The notes under the pieces were generated by a model that saw only the letters and a list, made by a program, of their open reading frames with translations, was not told where the DNA came from and did no database searches. The position numbers and the translations under genes are program-made. From Macrostomum hystrix (lineage: Eukaryota; Animalia; Platyhelminthes): a stretch of 64,000 bases of DNA. Positions within the stretch are counted from its first letter, which is position 1. Each line of letters opens with the position of its first letter. Positions 50,161 to 62,600 of this stretch are shown one piece after another. The stretch lies in NCBI GenBank assembly GCA_950097015.1, contig CATNEN010000005.1, positions 5,332,001 through 5,396,000 of the forward strand, in the 5' to 3' direction.

Positions 50161-50796
50161 TCTTTCATCCCTATCGTGGTTTCCCAAATTTGTTTTTCAT
50201 ACCCTTGTTTCCCTGTTAAAAAAATTATTTTCTTGGGACTTCGTTGTCTCGATATCGACATTTCGAGACATTGTTTGTGGATTCCTGCATCATGTAAAAT
50301 ACATTAAAGCATATGCTATGTATTCTAGTCCAAGATTATTTTTTGTCACAATTAAAAAAGCTCTTCAAGCTTACCAGGCAATAAAAAGCCAATTATCAGA
50401 GTAAAGGGTAGCTATATAGCAACAAACCAGAGAAGATACACTCAACAGGTAGACTATATCGGCGAAATGAATCCGAGTCAAATAGATAAAAATATGCTTC
50501 TCAAATCTGTGTTGACTGCTCATGACTTTGCTAGTTGCCAACAGCAACAGGAAAGGTAGAAAAGTTGTTATCTACGTAATAGATTTGTCTACCTATAGGC
50601 AACTGGCTAACACAATCTACGATGGACCGGTTTGCTTAGCAACCACAGTTTAAGCTAAATAGTCAACCCTAAAAATGCATGGCATAATTTTCTCATAAGG
50701 AAAATCGTATAAAAGTAAAAAAAAACTGCGAAATAGTTTCAAGCCAAACACACAGGTGAATTTGTGAAACCTTTAGTTGAATTTTTCTAAGCTGCT

Positions 50797-53577
50797 ATGG
50801 CCGAAAGCCGTGGTAGTTTAGCTGGCAGGCTTCGTCTTGAGACTAGCGTGAGTATACCTTCTTAGATTGTGATCCTAGTTTAATTAACACGTTAACTGTC
50901 AAGTTTTATTTTGTTTTTTTATCTCGATTAACTATGCAGACTTTCATTGTATCGCTATTTGACGATCATTATTTGTATTTTTTATGCGTTACAATTCATT
51001 GTTTGTTTGCCATTCGGCATTGAACCTAGACGAATGTTCAATTTATTCGAAAGAAGTAACAAGAACGAACATAGACGAAACCTATGTGATGAATGCCTCG
51101 AATGAACACCAACAAAAGTTAACTTTCAGTCAATGCAATTACTGATTAATCCTTATAGATTATAGAAGAGATAGATTAATCCTTAAATCTATTCAAAAAA
51201 GAAATCAATGATGTTCGAACTGCCGTTCACTTGGATTCGCATTTTTTCTCTGGTGGGCCTTAAATTGGACCCGATGAAACTCCTCATCTCCACTAATGGA
51301 TGGCGCAGCCTCAGTACGATCCATACAATCCAAAGACTTCTTCATGGCGGTATGCACGTTCACAGAGGACTTGTACAAACTGCGATCACGCCTCTTATGC
51401 AGATATCGCAGAACGGTCGCCTCCGACTTGTGACCCGTCACAAGCATGATGTCGTGGACAGCATGCCCATCGCTTTCCAAGTCGCAAATGCGCGTGACTC
51501 TAAAAATGCAATGGTATCTTGTTCAGAAAGGTGAACAAACAATTATGCTTTTACTTTTACTTCGTAACACAAATATATACTCACCTAATGCAGTGGTTGG
51601 TATAAGGCTTGCTTAGCTTAGCCTTCTCGAATAGGTTCTTCATGAACTCTTGTAAATAACGCAGACCACGGTGTGCCTTATCAGATAAGATAAACTTCTT
51701 CCCAATGGTCTCTTCATAGGACGAGGTAGAAAGTGGTCGCCGGAATCCGGAATCACCGACTCGTACAGTTCTAGCAGCTCAAGATCATATATTCTAGCGT
51801 GCTTCAAATCGGCGACCTGACCAGCGTCCAGTGTTGCTAATCGATTCTTCGATGGTAGCGTCGGCAAACAGGCATACTGCCGTCCATCCGAGTCGACACC
51901 TCGCACCAGAAAGTTCCGATTGAGAAACGTCTTCATGTGCTCCCGTCCACGCTCTCCAAGCTGATACATGAGATTGAATAGCAATTTATCTTGGAGTCGT
52001 TCTCCGTCACTACGATCAAAGTAGTCGCGCAATTTAACCATGTCTCCCTCCTCGATTGGATCGTAGCTTTGAACTGTCTTGCCAGACTTGATAAATTCAC
52101 GGACCTTGAATTCGAGCATCCTGTTTGAGCCATCAAACACGGTCCCAGTAGCAACCAGATTTGTCTGTCTCTTCACAATGATATTCAAATATCGCTGGAT
52201 AGGGGCTCGGATGCAGACTAACGACGATGGTGAATAGCTCTCACTGCCCTTTGTTTTCAACTGGAAGTAGAATAATCGTAGATACTGATTCAGGGTGTTG
52301 TCATTCACTTTCGCCAAATCGGAGTTCAGACCGCGACCCTCCAGAAATTCGACAAACTTGCGCCCATGATCCTCTATCTGTTTCCGACTGCTTTGAGGTA
52401 GACTTTCCATCTCAGCTTCATCGATGCTGGTAAGTTGTTCACGAATATCAGCAGGCAGATCGGATGAGTTCGCTTTGTCGCCGATGGAGTTCTCACAAAA
52501 CAACAAGAACTGGATCACTAGCTCGTCATGACGGCAGTCGTTGCGCGACAGTTCGGCCACGAGATCCAACTCGGACTGGGACAAAGCATTTAAGCTATCG
52601 ACAGGAAGATTATTACAATTTAGAAAATGGACACTTCTAGCATCCATGTCTAGGCTTCCAGGTTTGTTAATATTTCTCTCTAGTCTAGGCATGTGCTCTT
52701 CTCTCCTGCTTGCCTCAATCAACTTTCGTCCTTAGTACGAAACAGAATATAAAATTTACAGTGCGTTGCAATGCAAGTTTTGTCTATGGTAATCCTCAAT
52801 GCTAATATCGTCAAATAGGCTAGAGAGAAGGGTATGAATACACTCTACCATAGACATCAAAGTTTTCTTCAAGTTTTCTTCACACCCCCCTGCTACGAGC
52901 GTCTCACTTTTCTATGCCACAGACAGTTCATACGATTTGATCGTCCAATAGCGATACAATGAAAAGAAACAGCGGCCCCAGTGCGTGACAACGATTGTTT
53001 TGCGAGTGCCTACCGCCTACCGGCGCTCGCAAAACAATCGTTGTCACGCACTGGGGCCGCTGTTTATTTACTCATTGACTAGAAGAAATCTTTCACCTGT
53101 TAAAAAAGTTCACCTTCACGATTAGAATAAAACCAACACCTGTTAGAATAATTTATTTCACTGCTAAATTTAAACTTTTACCTGTTGAAACAAATATGTT
53201 TACTTGTTAGAATAAACATAATTATGCCTGTTAGAAACTTATCAGCACGTCACATATTTTCGTGTTTTAGGAATTAACTTTCAAATATAGACACATTTTC
53301 ATGAAATTTTCCATTTCAAATTGACTGTTTTTTTCTAAAATTGATTTAAAAAATCTACGAGGTATCTTAATCCTTATCTCATCTATCCCAAAATCTAGCA
53401 AGCGGCCAGAATTAAGCGCGAGAGCAATCGTGCCCGACTAGACGATCGGCATCGCTATCTGATCGATCGGGTTGCCAACTTTTTCGACCAGGCGCCCGAA
53501 GATGTGGAAGATGCTATGCTGGAAAACGAAAGTGTAAGCTTAATGTACAAGAACCTTAACCGGGCTAATAATAATAA

Positions 53578-53608
<31 letters not shown>

Positions 53609-56600
53609 TGTCGGAGGGCTGCGGGCAATGACAATACTGATAAACTTCAACTTCACATCATTTGCTGACCGCAGCCAGCGAGGATGCATTTTCCGCTGAC
53701 TCCGCTGAACCTGACTTTCTCATCGTCAGGCAGTGTACACTCTCACTGTGCCTTGGAGGTTGGCCTTCAAGGGCGTAAATTGCACGACAAGCCCCCAAGC
53801 CTTCTCTCCGCGGCCGCGCCATAAACTCATTGTGGCCTTGCCGCGGAATCGTGCTCAGTGACCTTGGTGTGAGAGGCAGACACGTTTGACGGCTCTAGAT
53901 GTTGAGATATTCAACGATTCTGACATTCCACTATTTTTTCAACATCGCCGAATACATGTCGACTACATGCATCTTTTTAAACTGAGCCTTTCGTTTCAAA
54001 GACCGTTCTTAGTACTTCTGCTGAATAAGCTGCCTCAAAGTAATATAAAATTTTGCTGCTCATTTTATCTCGCCACAGTTGGATCTGATTGAAGAGTTCT
54101 TTCGCGAAGGCGGCATCCAACGTCTGATATTTCACTATCAGGAGTCCAGACAGCATCGGTCAAAAAGTGAGGCATTATTTGCTGCTTGTTTTTAATGCTC
54201 AAAACTCAGGTAGTGAAAGGATCTGGTGTGTGGTGACAGCTAAAATCCTAAGTGAATGTCAGGTGACATTATTTGATTAATAATAATTGATTACACCTGC
54301 CCTAATTAAGCCAGACTTGCAGCCGATAGCACAGTCGCAGCTATTGTCCGGCCCTTCTGAAGGCTGCTGGTACCCATTGCTAGGTGAACTGAGGCAATGC
54401 AGAGTTAAGTGTCTTGCTAAAGGACACAAATTATTCCACTGGAGTCGGGAATCGAACCCCCGACCTTCAAGTCGGAAGTCGGACGCTCCACCCACAAGGC
54501 TACTGATAACAGGACGTCATTAATCCCAACCGAGGATCACAACTCTATGGAATGGCTCATGTGTTTATTGACTACTGAAACCCAATCGAAATGGTCAGAT
54601 AGAGTGAGAACTACTCAACTTAAGTCAGGTCGAGTGAGTATCTTCCTCTCCCTGTTTTATTTCAGGCATGTGGCACGGGCCCGTGCGCTTCCAGTCGGCC
54701 AACACCCGACCGCAGCGCCGGCCCAAACTGTTCGTGACGGACGGCACCTCGGATCGAGTTGACGGGTTATGCGCCCTTTTCATGCGCAACAACAGAGAGC
54801 GCTCAATCACGATTGAGAACATCGGAGTGGAGGCTAACATGATGCAGCTAGACTGCTCAGCCGGTGCCATCGCTGGCGTTGAGCAGCTCTTGTCCAGCGT
54901 CCTCCTGCCTCAGCTGAAAGCGCTGCATTCTAGTGGCGGTTGGGGACAGCTGGATGGAGACGAACACGAGCTCACCAGGACTCGATTCGTCAACAGCCTG
55001 GATGATTTTGCCACTGTGCTCCATAGTGAGTCCTGTCGCTTTTTTACCTTTGTATTTGCGTCGATCTCGAGCTTCTTTTGTCTCGAGTGTCTTCTGTCTC
55101 GAGTGTCTTTTGTCTCGAGTGTCTTGTCTCGAGTGTCTTCTGTCTCGAGTGTCTTCTGTCTCGAGTGTCTTCTGTCTCGAGTGTCTTCTGTCTCGAGTGT
55201 CTTCTGTCTCGAGTGTCTTCTGTCTCGAGTGTCTTTTGTCTCGAGTGTCTTGTCTCGAGTGTCTTCTGTCTCGAGTGTCTTCTGTCTCGAGTGTCTTCTG
55301 TCTCGAGTGTCTTTTGTCTCGAGTGTCTTCTGTCTCGAGTGTCTTCTGTCTCGAGTGTCTTTTGTCTCGAGCTTCTTTTGTCTCGAGTGTCTTCTGTCTC
55401 GAGTGTCTTCTGTCTCGAGTGTCTTTTGTCTCGAGTGTCTTCTGTCTCGAGTGTATTTTGTCTCGAGTGTCTTTTGTCTCGAGTGTCTTTTGTCTCGAGC
55501 TTCTTTTGTCTCGAGTGTCTTCTGTCTCGAGTGTCTTTTGTCTCGAGTGTCTTCTGTCTCGAGTGTCTTTTGTCTCGAGTGTCTTTTGTCTCGAGTGTCT
55601 TTTGTCTCGAGTGTCTTTTGTCTCGAGTGTCTTTTGTCTCGAGTGTCTTTTGTCTCGAGTGTCTTCTGTCTCGAGTGTCTTTTGTCTCGAGTGTCTGTCC
55701 ATCTCGAGTGCATGTCCGTCTCGAGTGTCTGTCCATCTCTAGTGTCTGTCCATCTCGAGTGTCTGTCCATCTCGAGTGTCTGTCCATCTCTAGTGTCTGT
55801 CCATCTCTAGTGTCTGTCCATCTCTAGTGTATGTCCATCTCTAGCGTCTGTCCATCTCTAGTGTCTGTCCATCTCTAGTGTCTGTCCATCTCTAGTGTCC
55901 GTCCATCTCGAGTGTCTGTCCGCCTCAGTGTACTATATCTATGCTCTCGAGTTCTGAGTCAGTACACACGTGTCCACTCTTTACAGACGCCCGTGAGACC
56001 ATCGAGTCCAAAGTGAAGCTGAAGCCTTGTCCAGATCATCTGGCTTCTCAGCTGAAGACGCCCCATTCGCTTCAGACGGTGGCAGCCAACGCTGAGCTGC
56101 TATTTGATGTGGAGGACTGTGCCCGCGGCTGGATGGCGCACATCGACCTGGTGATGACCGAGTCTGAGCAAATCCTGCGCGTCAAAGACGACGTCGGTCC
56201 TAGATCCGAGCTCGATTATTGGAAGCGTCGCTTAGCCAAGTACCAGTCATTGTTAGACGAGCTAAAGAATCGTCAGGTGACGCAGGTACTAGCAGTGCTA
56301 CACCTGGCCAAGTCCAAGGTCAAAGAGGTGAGTTAATAGGGTCGAAACAATCTAATCTTGGTAGCTCATAGTCCAGAGTAGAGCTTTGAACTTCTGACCG
56401 AGAGGTCCATGGACTAATCTGCTTTATCTAGCATTTGGATTCCCAATAGCTGCGTATACATCTTGCCAAACTAGACTAAGGTGTCATTTCTATCGCTATC
56501 TATGGCTATTTAATTGGTTACCATGCAAGCACACACAAGTCGTTAAATTTGAACTTATTCGGATACAGGACTGGCAAGCTATGGACCGGGAGATCACGGA

Positions 56601-59600
56601 CAATGCCAACGAAGCCAAGGACAATGTGCGGTTTCTGTACACTCTGGACGAGCACTGCATGCCGCTGTACCACAGCGACCCAGTGAAGATGGTGGCCATG
56701 ATACCTAAGCTGATCAACGGCATCCGCATGATTAATAGCGTCTCGCGCTACTACAACACTTCAGAGAGTTTGACGCCCTTGTTCTTCAAGGTGACCAACC
56801 AGATGATCACCGCCTGCAAGGCCTACATCACCGACAATGGCCGATTTACAATCTGGAGGCGACCCCGGGAGGCAGTGACTGCCAAACTCATGGATTGCAT
56901 CCGGCTCAATGAGGAATACCAGGCCTGCTTTCACAGCACCAAGGAGATGCTCGAGCAGCAGCCAAACGAGAAGAAATTCGAATTCTCCGAGGTGTACATC
57001 TTCGGCAAGTTCGACACCTTCTGCAGGCGCCTAAGGAAGATCATTGAAATGTTTCGGACAATCGATAAATTCGACCGCCTGCTAGTGAGCAACATCGAAG
57101 GCATCGAGGAGTTCAAGAAGCGCTACAAGAACATTGTCGACACAATGGAACGGCAAAAGTATGACTTTCTGGATCGGCGCGTGATGGAGTTTGACAAAGA
57201 CTACGAGCGATTCAACTCGGAGATTAGGGAGCTCGAGGTAGCATTCAGTGATCAGCTGTGCATCTTTAATGTTTTACTAGCTAAATTATATGAAATTATA
57301 AATATTGAAATAAACCGTTTTAGACAAATCTAAAGGCCTTCATTGACAGCCAATTCGCCTTGGCAACTAGCACCCTTCGCGCAATGCAGACGCTCAAAAG
57401 ATTCGAGGGCCTCGGCATTAGCAATCTAGGCATCGAAGACAACTACTCAAAGGTCCTGGAAGTCTACAGCAAGGAGCTCGAGACTGCCGTCAGAGTCTAC
57501 AACGAAAACAAGGATGACCCGCCGATTGCTCGCAATCTGCCACCGATTGCCGGAAAAATCTACTGGGCACGACAGCTCTACCATCGAATCGAGGAGCCCA
57601 TGGTACTGCTGCAGAGGACGCCGAAAGTGTTGAAGACTAACGAAGGGAAGCGGCTAGTTAAGAACTACAACAAACTGGCCGAGGCACTTGTTTCATTCGA
57701 ATTGCTTTATCATCGAATGTGGGTCAGTAAAGTTCAGAAGGCTTTAGATGGCCTCAAAGAACCGTTACTGGTGCGCGATGCGCAGACTAGACTTCTGAAG
57801 GTAAATCTGAATGCGGATGCCCTCACTCTGATTCGCGAGACTGAGCTAATGTCGCGGCTAGGTATGGACATCCCGCTAGCTGCTAACAGTCTTAGAGCTC
57901 ACCAGAGCACTATCCGGCGGCGCTTTGAAGAGCTGGCGACTGTCATAGAAGACTATAACAAGCTGCTAAAATCTATACCGTCAGAGTACGAGCCTCTAAT
58001 AGGCACTAGACTCAGTCGCACGAGACGAACACTAAAGCCTGGATTGACTAGTTTGAGCTGGATGAGTCTCGGTGCTGACGCCTATCTGAAAGAGGTTCGC
58101 AATGATCTGAGCGATTTAGAGCTGCTGCTGAAGCGTGCGAGCGACTTGCGTGAGTTCGGCATCGATCGCTTACTCGACGAGATGGCTATGGTGACTCTTT
58201 GCGAGCTGCCTGACGCCCAGCCATGGACGGTTGATGCGTTTATTGAGCGCACACAAAGTCTGTGTCAGAAAGGCGCTCATCTGCTTCAGGTTAAGAGCAG
58301 CAACATCGAAGAGGCGGTCACGGAGCTCATCTATATGCTTGTTGGCGAGGATCCCATTGCTGAGACTCAGGAGTCACTTGAGCTTGATGAAGCCTTCTAC
58401 GAAGATGAATCAACAGCCGCGAAGCGACGCTCAAAACTAGAACTGAAAGCTCATCTTCGAGAGGCAGCCACAGAGCTGCGAATGTTCTTCAATGGCAAAA
58501 ACGTGGACGCTCTCGTGAAGGTGACCAAGAGCTCACTGGAGACCATGCGACGGCGCATCGCCGCTTCCTCGGTGAATGCGTACAGCAGGAGTGTGTCAAC
58601 CGAGCGGCCGCTATTCCAGTGCTTTGCCACCCTGTCCATTCCCGATGTGACTATGAGTCCCTCGGTGGAGGATGTTCAACACGCCGTGAACAAAGCGGCG
58701 CAAACCATCATTAATGTGAGCAGGAATGTGCTGCAATGGTCCAATGACTGGACCCTGTGGCCAGAAGACGATGGCCACGAAGATATGGACAGCGAAGAAG
58801 CCGAAGAAAACTTTGAACGAGTGGAGAAAGTAGTCAGGTCGAGAGCTCCTAGCTTCGCAGAGAGCATCTCCGCCTCAGAGATTTCTAGCCATTCAGCGAC
58901 GACGTTTCACTCTCAACAATCCCGTCGAGCGTCTAAGAACCAGAGCTCCACAGAGCCGGTCTTTGAGCTGCAGAGCAGCAGAGCCAAATCGATGCACCAT
59001 CTTGTTTCAAGGAGCACCGATGTGGCTCAGGAAAACTCTCTGCTGTCTGGTGCCGTAGTCGCTCAGAAAAAAGAATTGATGAAGTCTTTAGACGACCTGG
59101 CTAGGTTTAGGCCAATTTGGACCACTAACAAGCAACAGGCGCTTAGAGAGTTCCAAGAACAATCTCCGAAGCTTTTCGAGTTCAAGCTAAAAATGCTGGA
59201 GTTCTTCGAGCAGGAAGAGCAGCTAAACAGCTACAGCACCGTGTTCGAGTGCGGCCCAATAGCCATAGTCACCGAGCGATTCAAGCTGTCAGTCAAGGAA
59301 GAGCTCAACCTGTGGCGCCAGCTTTTCGGCAAAGCGTCCCGCCTTCTCTACAAAGCTCAGATGGAAAAGCTGTTTCCACAAATGGAGGCCATTAACAAGA
59401 TTCTTGACAGACCAGTAAAAGATCTGGATGACATTCGTAGAATGATGGCGGCTCTGAAAGAAATCCGAGAGAAGGAGGTCGAAGTCGATACCATCGTGCC
59501 CACTATTGAAGAGTGCTACGAGTTGCTGGAGAAATGGCGCTTAACTGTACCCAGAGAGGAGTCTGAGCAAGTTGACACTCTGAAGTACACCTGGGTGCAA

Positions 59601-62600
59601 CTGAAAGCAAAAGGAATCGAGAAGCAGAACTTCCTGTTTGGCATTCAGGACAGCTACAAGACTGATCTTGTGAAGGATACGAAACATTTTAAGAAGGAGA
59701 CCGCAGAGTTTTTCTATGACTATGCAACAAACGGACCAATGGTGTTGAACCTCTCACCCAGAGAGGCCTCCGATCGACTGATAATTTTTCAAAACAAGTT
59801 CGACATTGTTTTCAGGAAGTACAACACCCTCAGTGGCGGCGAAGAACTATTCGGCCTGCAGGTCAGTAGCTACCCCGATCTGGACCGCATTAGGAAGGAA
59901 CTCGGGCTGCTCACTAAGCTCTACAATCTATATAACGATGTGATTAGCACTGTCAACGGTTTCTACGACATTCAGTTCGCTGATATCAATGTGGAGAAGA
60001 TCAGTGCCGAAGTGCAGGCACTTGAAATGCGTTGTCGCAAGCTGCCGTCGGGTCTGAAAACTTGGCCTGCGTTTGTCGACCTAAGCAAAATGATTGAAGA
60101 CTTCAATGAAATGGTGCCACTTCTTGAGCTCATGACTAGCAACGCTATGAAACTGCGACACTGGAAGCGAATGAGCGACCTCACAGGACACGACTTCGAT
60201 GTGGAAAGCGATAGCTTCACATTGAGGGACATTCTTGAAGCACCTCTGCTTCAATTCAAAGAAGAAATTGAAGACATCTGCATTAGCGCTGTGAAGGAAA
60301 GGGACATTGAGTCTAAACTAAAGACCGTCATTGACGAATGGGAAGGTCACGAGCTAAGATTTGTGGCCTTTAAAAATCGCGGCGAGCTACTCATCAGAGG
60401 CGACCACATGGGTGAGATCATCGCCTTCTTGGAGGATTCGCTGATGCTGCTGGGCTCACTGTTGAGCAACCGTTACAATGCACCATTCAGATCCGAGATT
60501 CAGCGGTGGGTGAAGAATCTCACAAACACGAACGAGATCATTGAGCAGTGGCTCATTGTGCAAAGCCTTTGGATCTACCTCGAGGCTGCGTTTGTTGGCG
60601 GCGACATTGCCAAGCAGCTGCCAACAGAGGCCAAGCGATTCAGCAACATTGACAAGAGCTGGATCCGGATAATGAACAGGGCGCACGAGATCCGAAACGT
60701 CTGCCGATGCTGCGTCGGCGATGAAACCATGAGCCAGCTGCTGCCGCATCTGCTGGAGCAGCTGGAGCTGTGCAGAAAGTCGCTTACTGGCTACCTGGAG
60801 AAGAAGCGCCTCCTGTTTCCAAGGTTTTTCTTCGTCTCCGATCCGGTGCTACTTGAGATCCTGGGCCAGGCTTCAGATTCGCACACAATCCAAGCTCACC
60901 TGCTATCAGTGTTCGACAATGTCAAGTCGGTGAAATTTCATGAGACCCAGTACGACACAATGACGGAGTGCTACTCTAGCGAAGGCGTTGTACTTCCATT
61001 TAAAAAGCCAATAAAAGCCGAAGGAAACGTGGAAGAGTGGCTCATGACTTTGCTGCAGCAGACGCACTATTCAGTTCGTTGCATGATTTTCGACGCTTTT
61101 CAAGACATTAGCGAGCGGGGCTTCAACTTGTTGAACTTCCTAGATAAGTTCCCTGCTCAAGTCGGACTTCTGGGAATTCAACTAATTTGGACGCGTGACT
61201 CAACCTACGCATTGGACAACTCCAGATCTGACAAGTCTCTAATGGCCAATACGAACAAGTCGTTCCTGGAGCTACTCAACCTGCTCATCCAGCAGACAAC
61301 TCAGGATTTGTCAAGTGTTGATCGAACCAAGTTTGAAACCCTGATCACCATCCACGTGCACCAACGAGACATTTTCGACGATCTCTTCAGGATGCACATC
61401 AGGTCCTCCACGGACTTTGAGTGGCTGAAACAAACCAGGTTCTATTTTGTTGAGGACACGGAGACTTGCAAAATCAGCATCACGGATGTAAATTTCGAAT
61501 ATCAGAACGAGTTTCTGGGTTGCACAGAGAGACTCGTGATTACACCCTTGACTGACCGGTGCTACATCACTCTGGCGCAGTCTCTCGGCATGTCAATGGG
61601 CGGCTCACCAGCTGGACCTGCTGGCACAGGAAAGACGGAAACTGTGAAAGACATGGGCCGCTGTCTAGGAAAGTACGTAGTCGTGTTTAACTGCTCAGAC
61701 CAAATGGACTTCCGTGGTCTCGGCAGGATTTTCAAGGTACGAGTATGAATCAATCAATATATATCAATCAATACAGTATAGTTAACCATCAGAGCCGCTG
61801 TGTTTACATGATGCAATTTTGTGAGCAAAAAATGTTTGCCATATTCGGTGGATTTTGCCACTAGACACCCCGACGAGAATCGTTGAATATCTCAGCGATG
61901 CCGATGTTTTGTCCTTCTAGAAACTGTTTCATCGTATGGAGCGGAAAATTTTAGGACGTGATCTGCATTTTCATGGTGATTGATTGAATATTTTGGGAGA
62001 TACAGAAAGAAAAAAATGTGGGTGTTTGAAGTATCACCGTAGCCTTTCTACTGTTAAGCGTTGGTACCAGACTGTCAAGATATCATTAAATAACTTTTTT
62101 TCATCAGGGCTTGGCCCAATCGGGCAGCTGGGGCTGCTTCGACGAGTTCAACCGCATCGAGCTTCCGGTGCTGTCCGTGGCAGCTCAGCAGATCGCCATT
62201 GTGCTCCATTGCAAGAAGGAGCGCAGGAAGCAGTTCATTTTCACCGACGGCGACCTGGTCGATTTGAGTCCGGAGTTCGGCATCTTCCTGACCATGAACC
62301 CGGGCTATGCTGGACGTCAGGAGCTGCCTGAGAACCTAAAGATCAACTTCCGCACCGTGGCCATGATGGTGCCAGACAGGCAGATTATCATCCGAGTGAA
62401 GCTGGCTTCCGTCGGCTTCATCGACAACGTAGTGCTGGCCAGAAAGTTCTTCACGCTTTACAAGCTGTGCGAGGAACAGCTCACGAAGCAGGTGAGTTTT
62501 CGGGCTGCCGCAAGTCAAGTCAGGAATGCACGAATTGAGCAATTGAGATTCGTGCTGATCGACTTATCGAGAAAATGAAATTATCGATAGCTAATTAAAC

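Noticed and set aside
53399-53533. Dynein exon 2 as another SL-AUG-dependent start (TCTAG|CAA, phase 0, no ATG)
   Set aside because: A plausible ATG exon with a phase-0 GTGAGT donor exists at 50797-50847, and vertebrate DNAH5 has an intron at this position as I recall.
55026-55810. Cys/Leu-rich extension of dynein ORF 54668..55810
   Set aside because: Read-through into the intron-4 minisatellite. The real exon ends at the GTGAGT donor at 55026.
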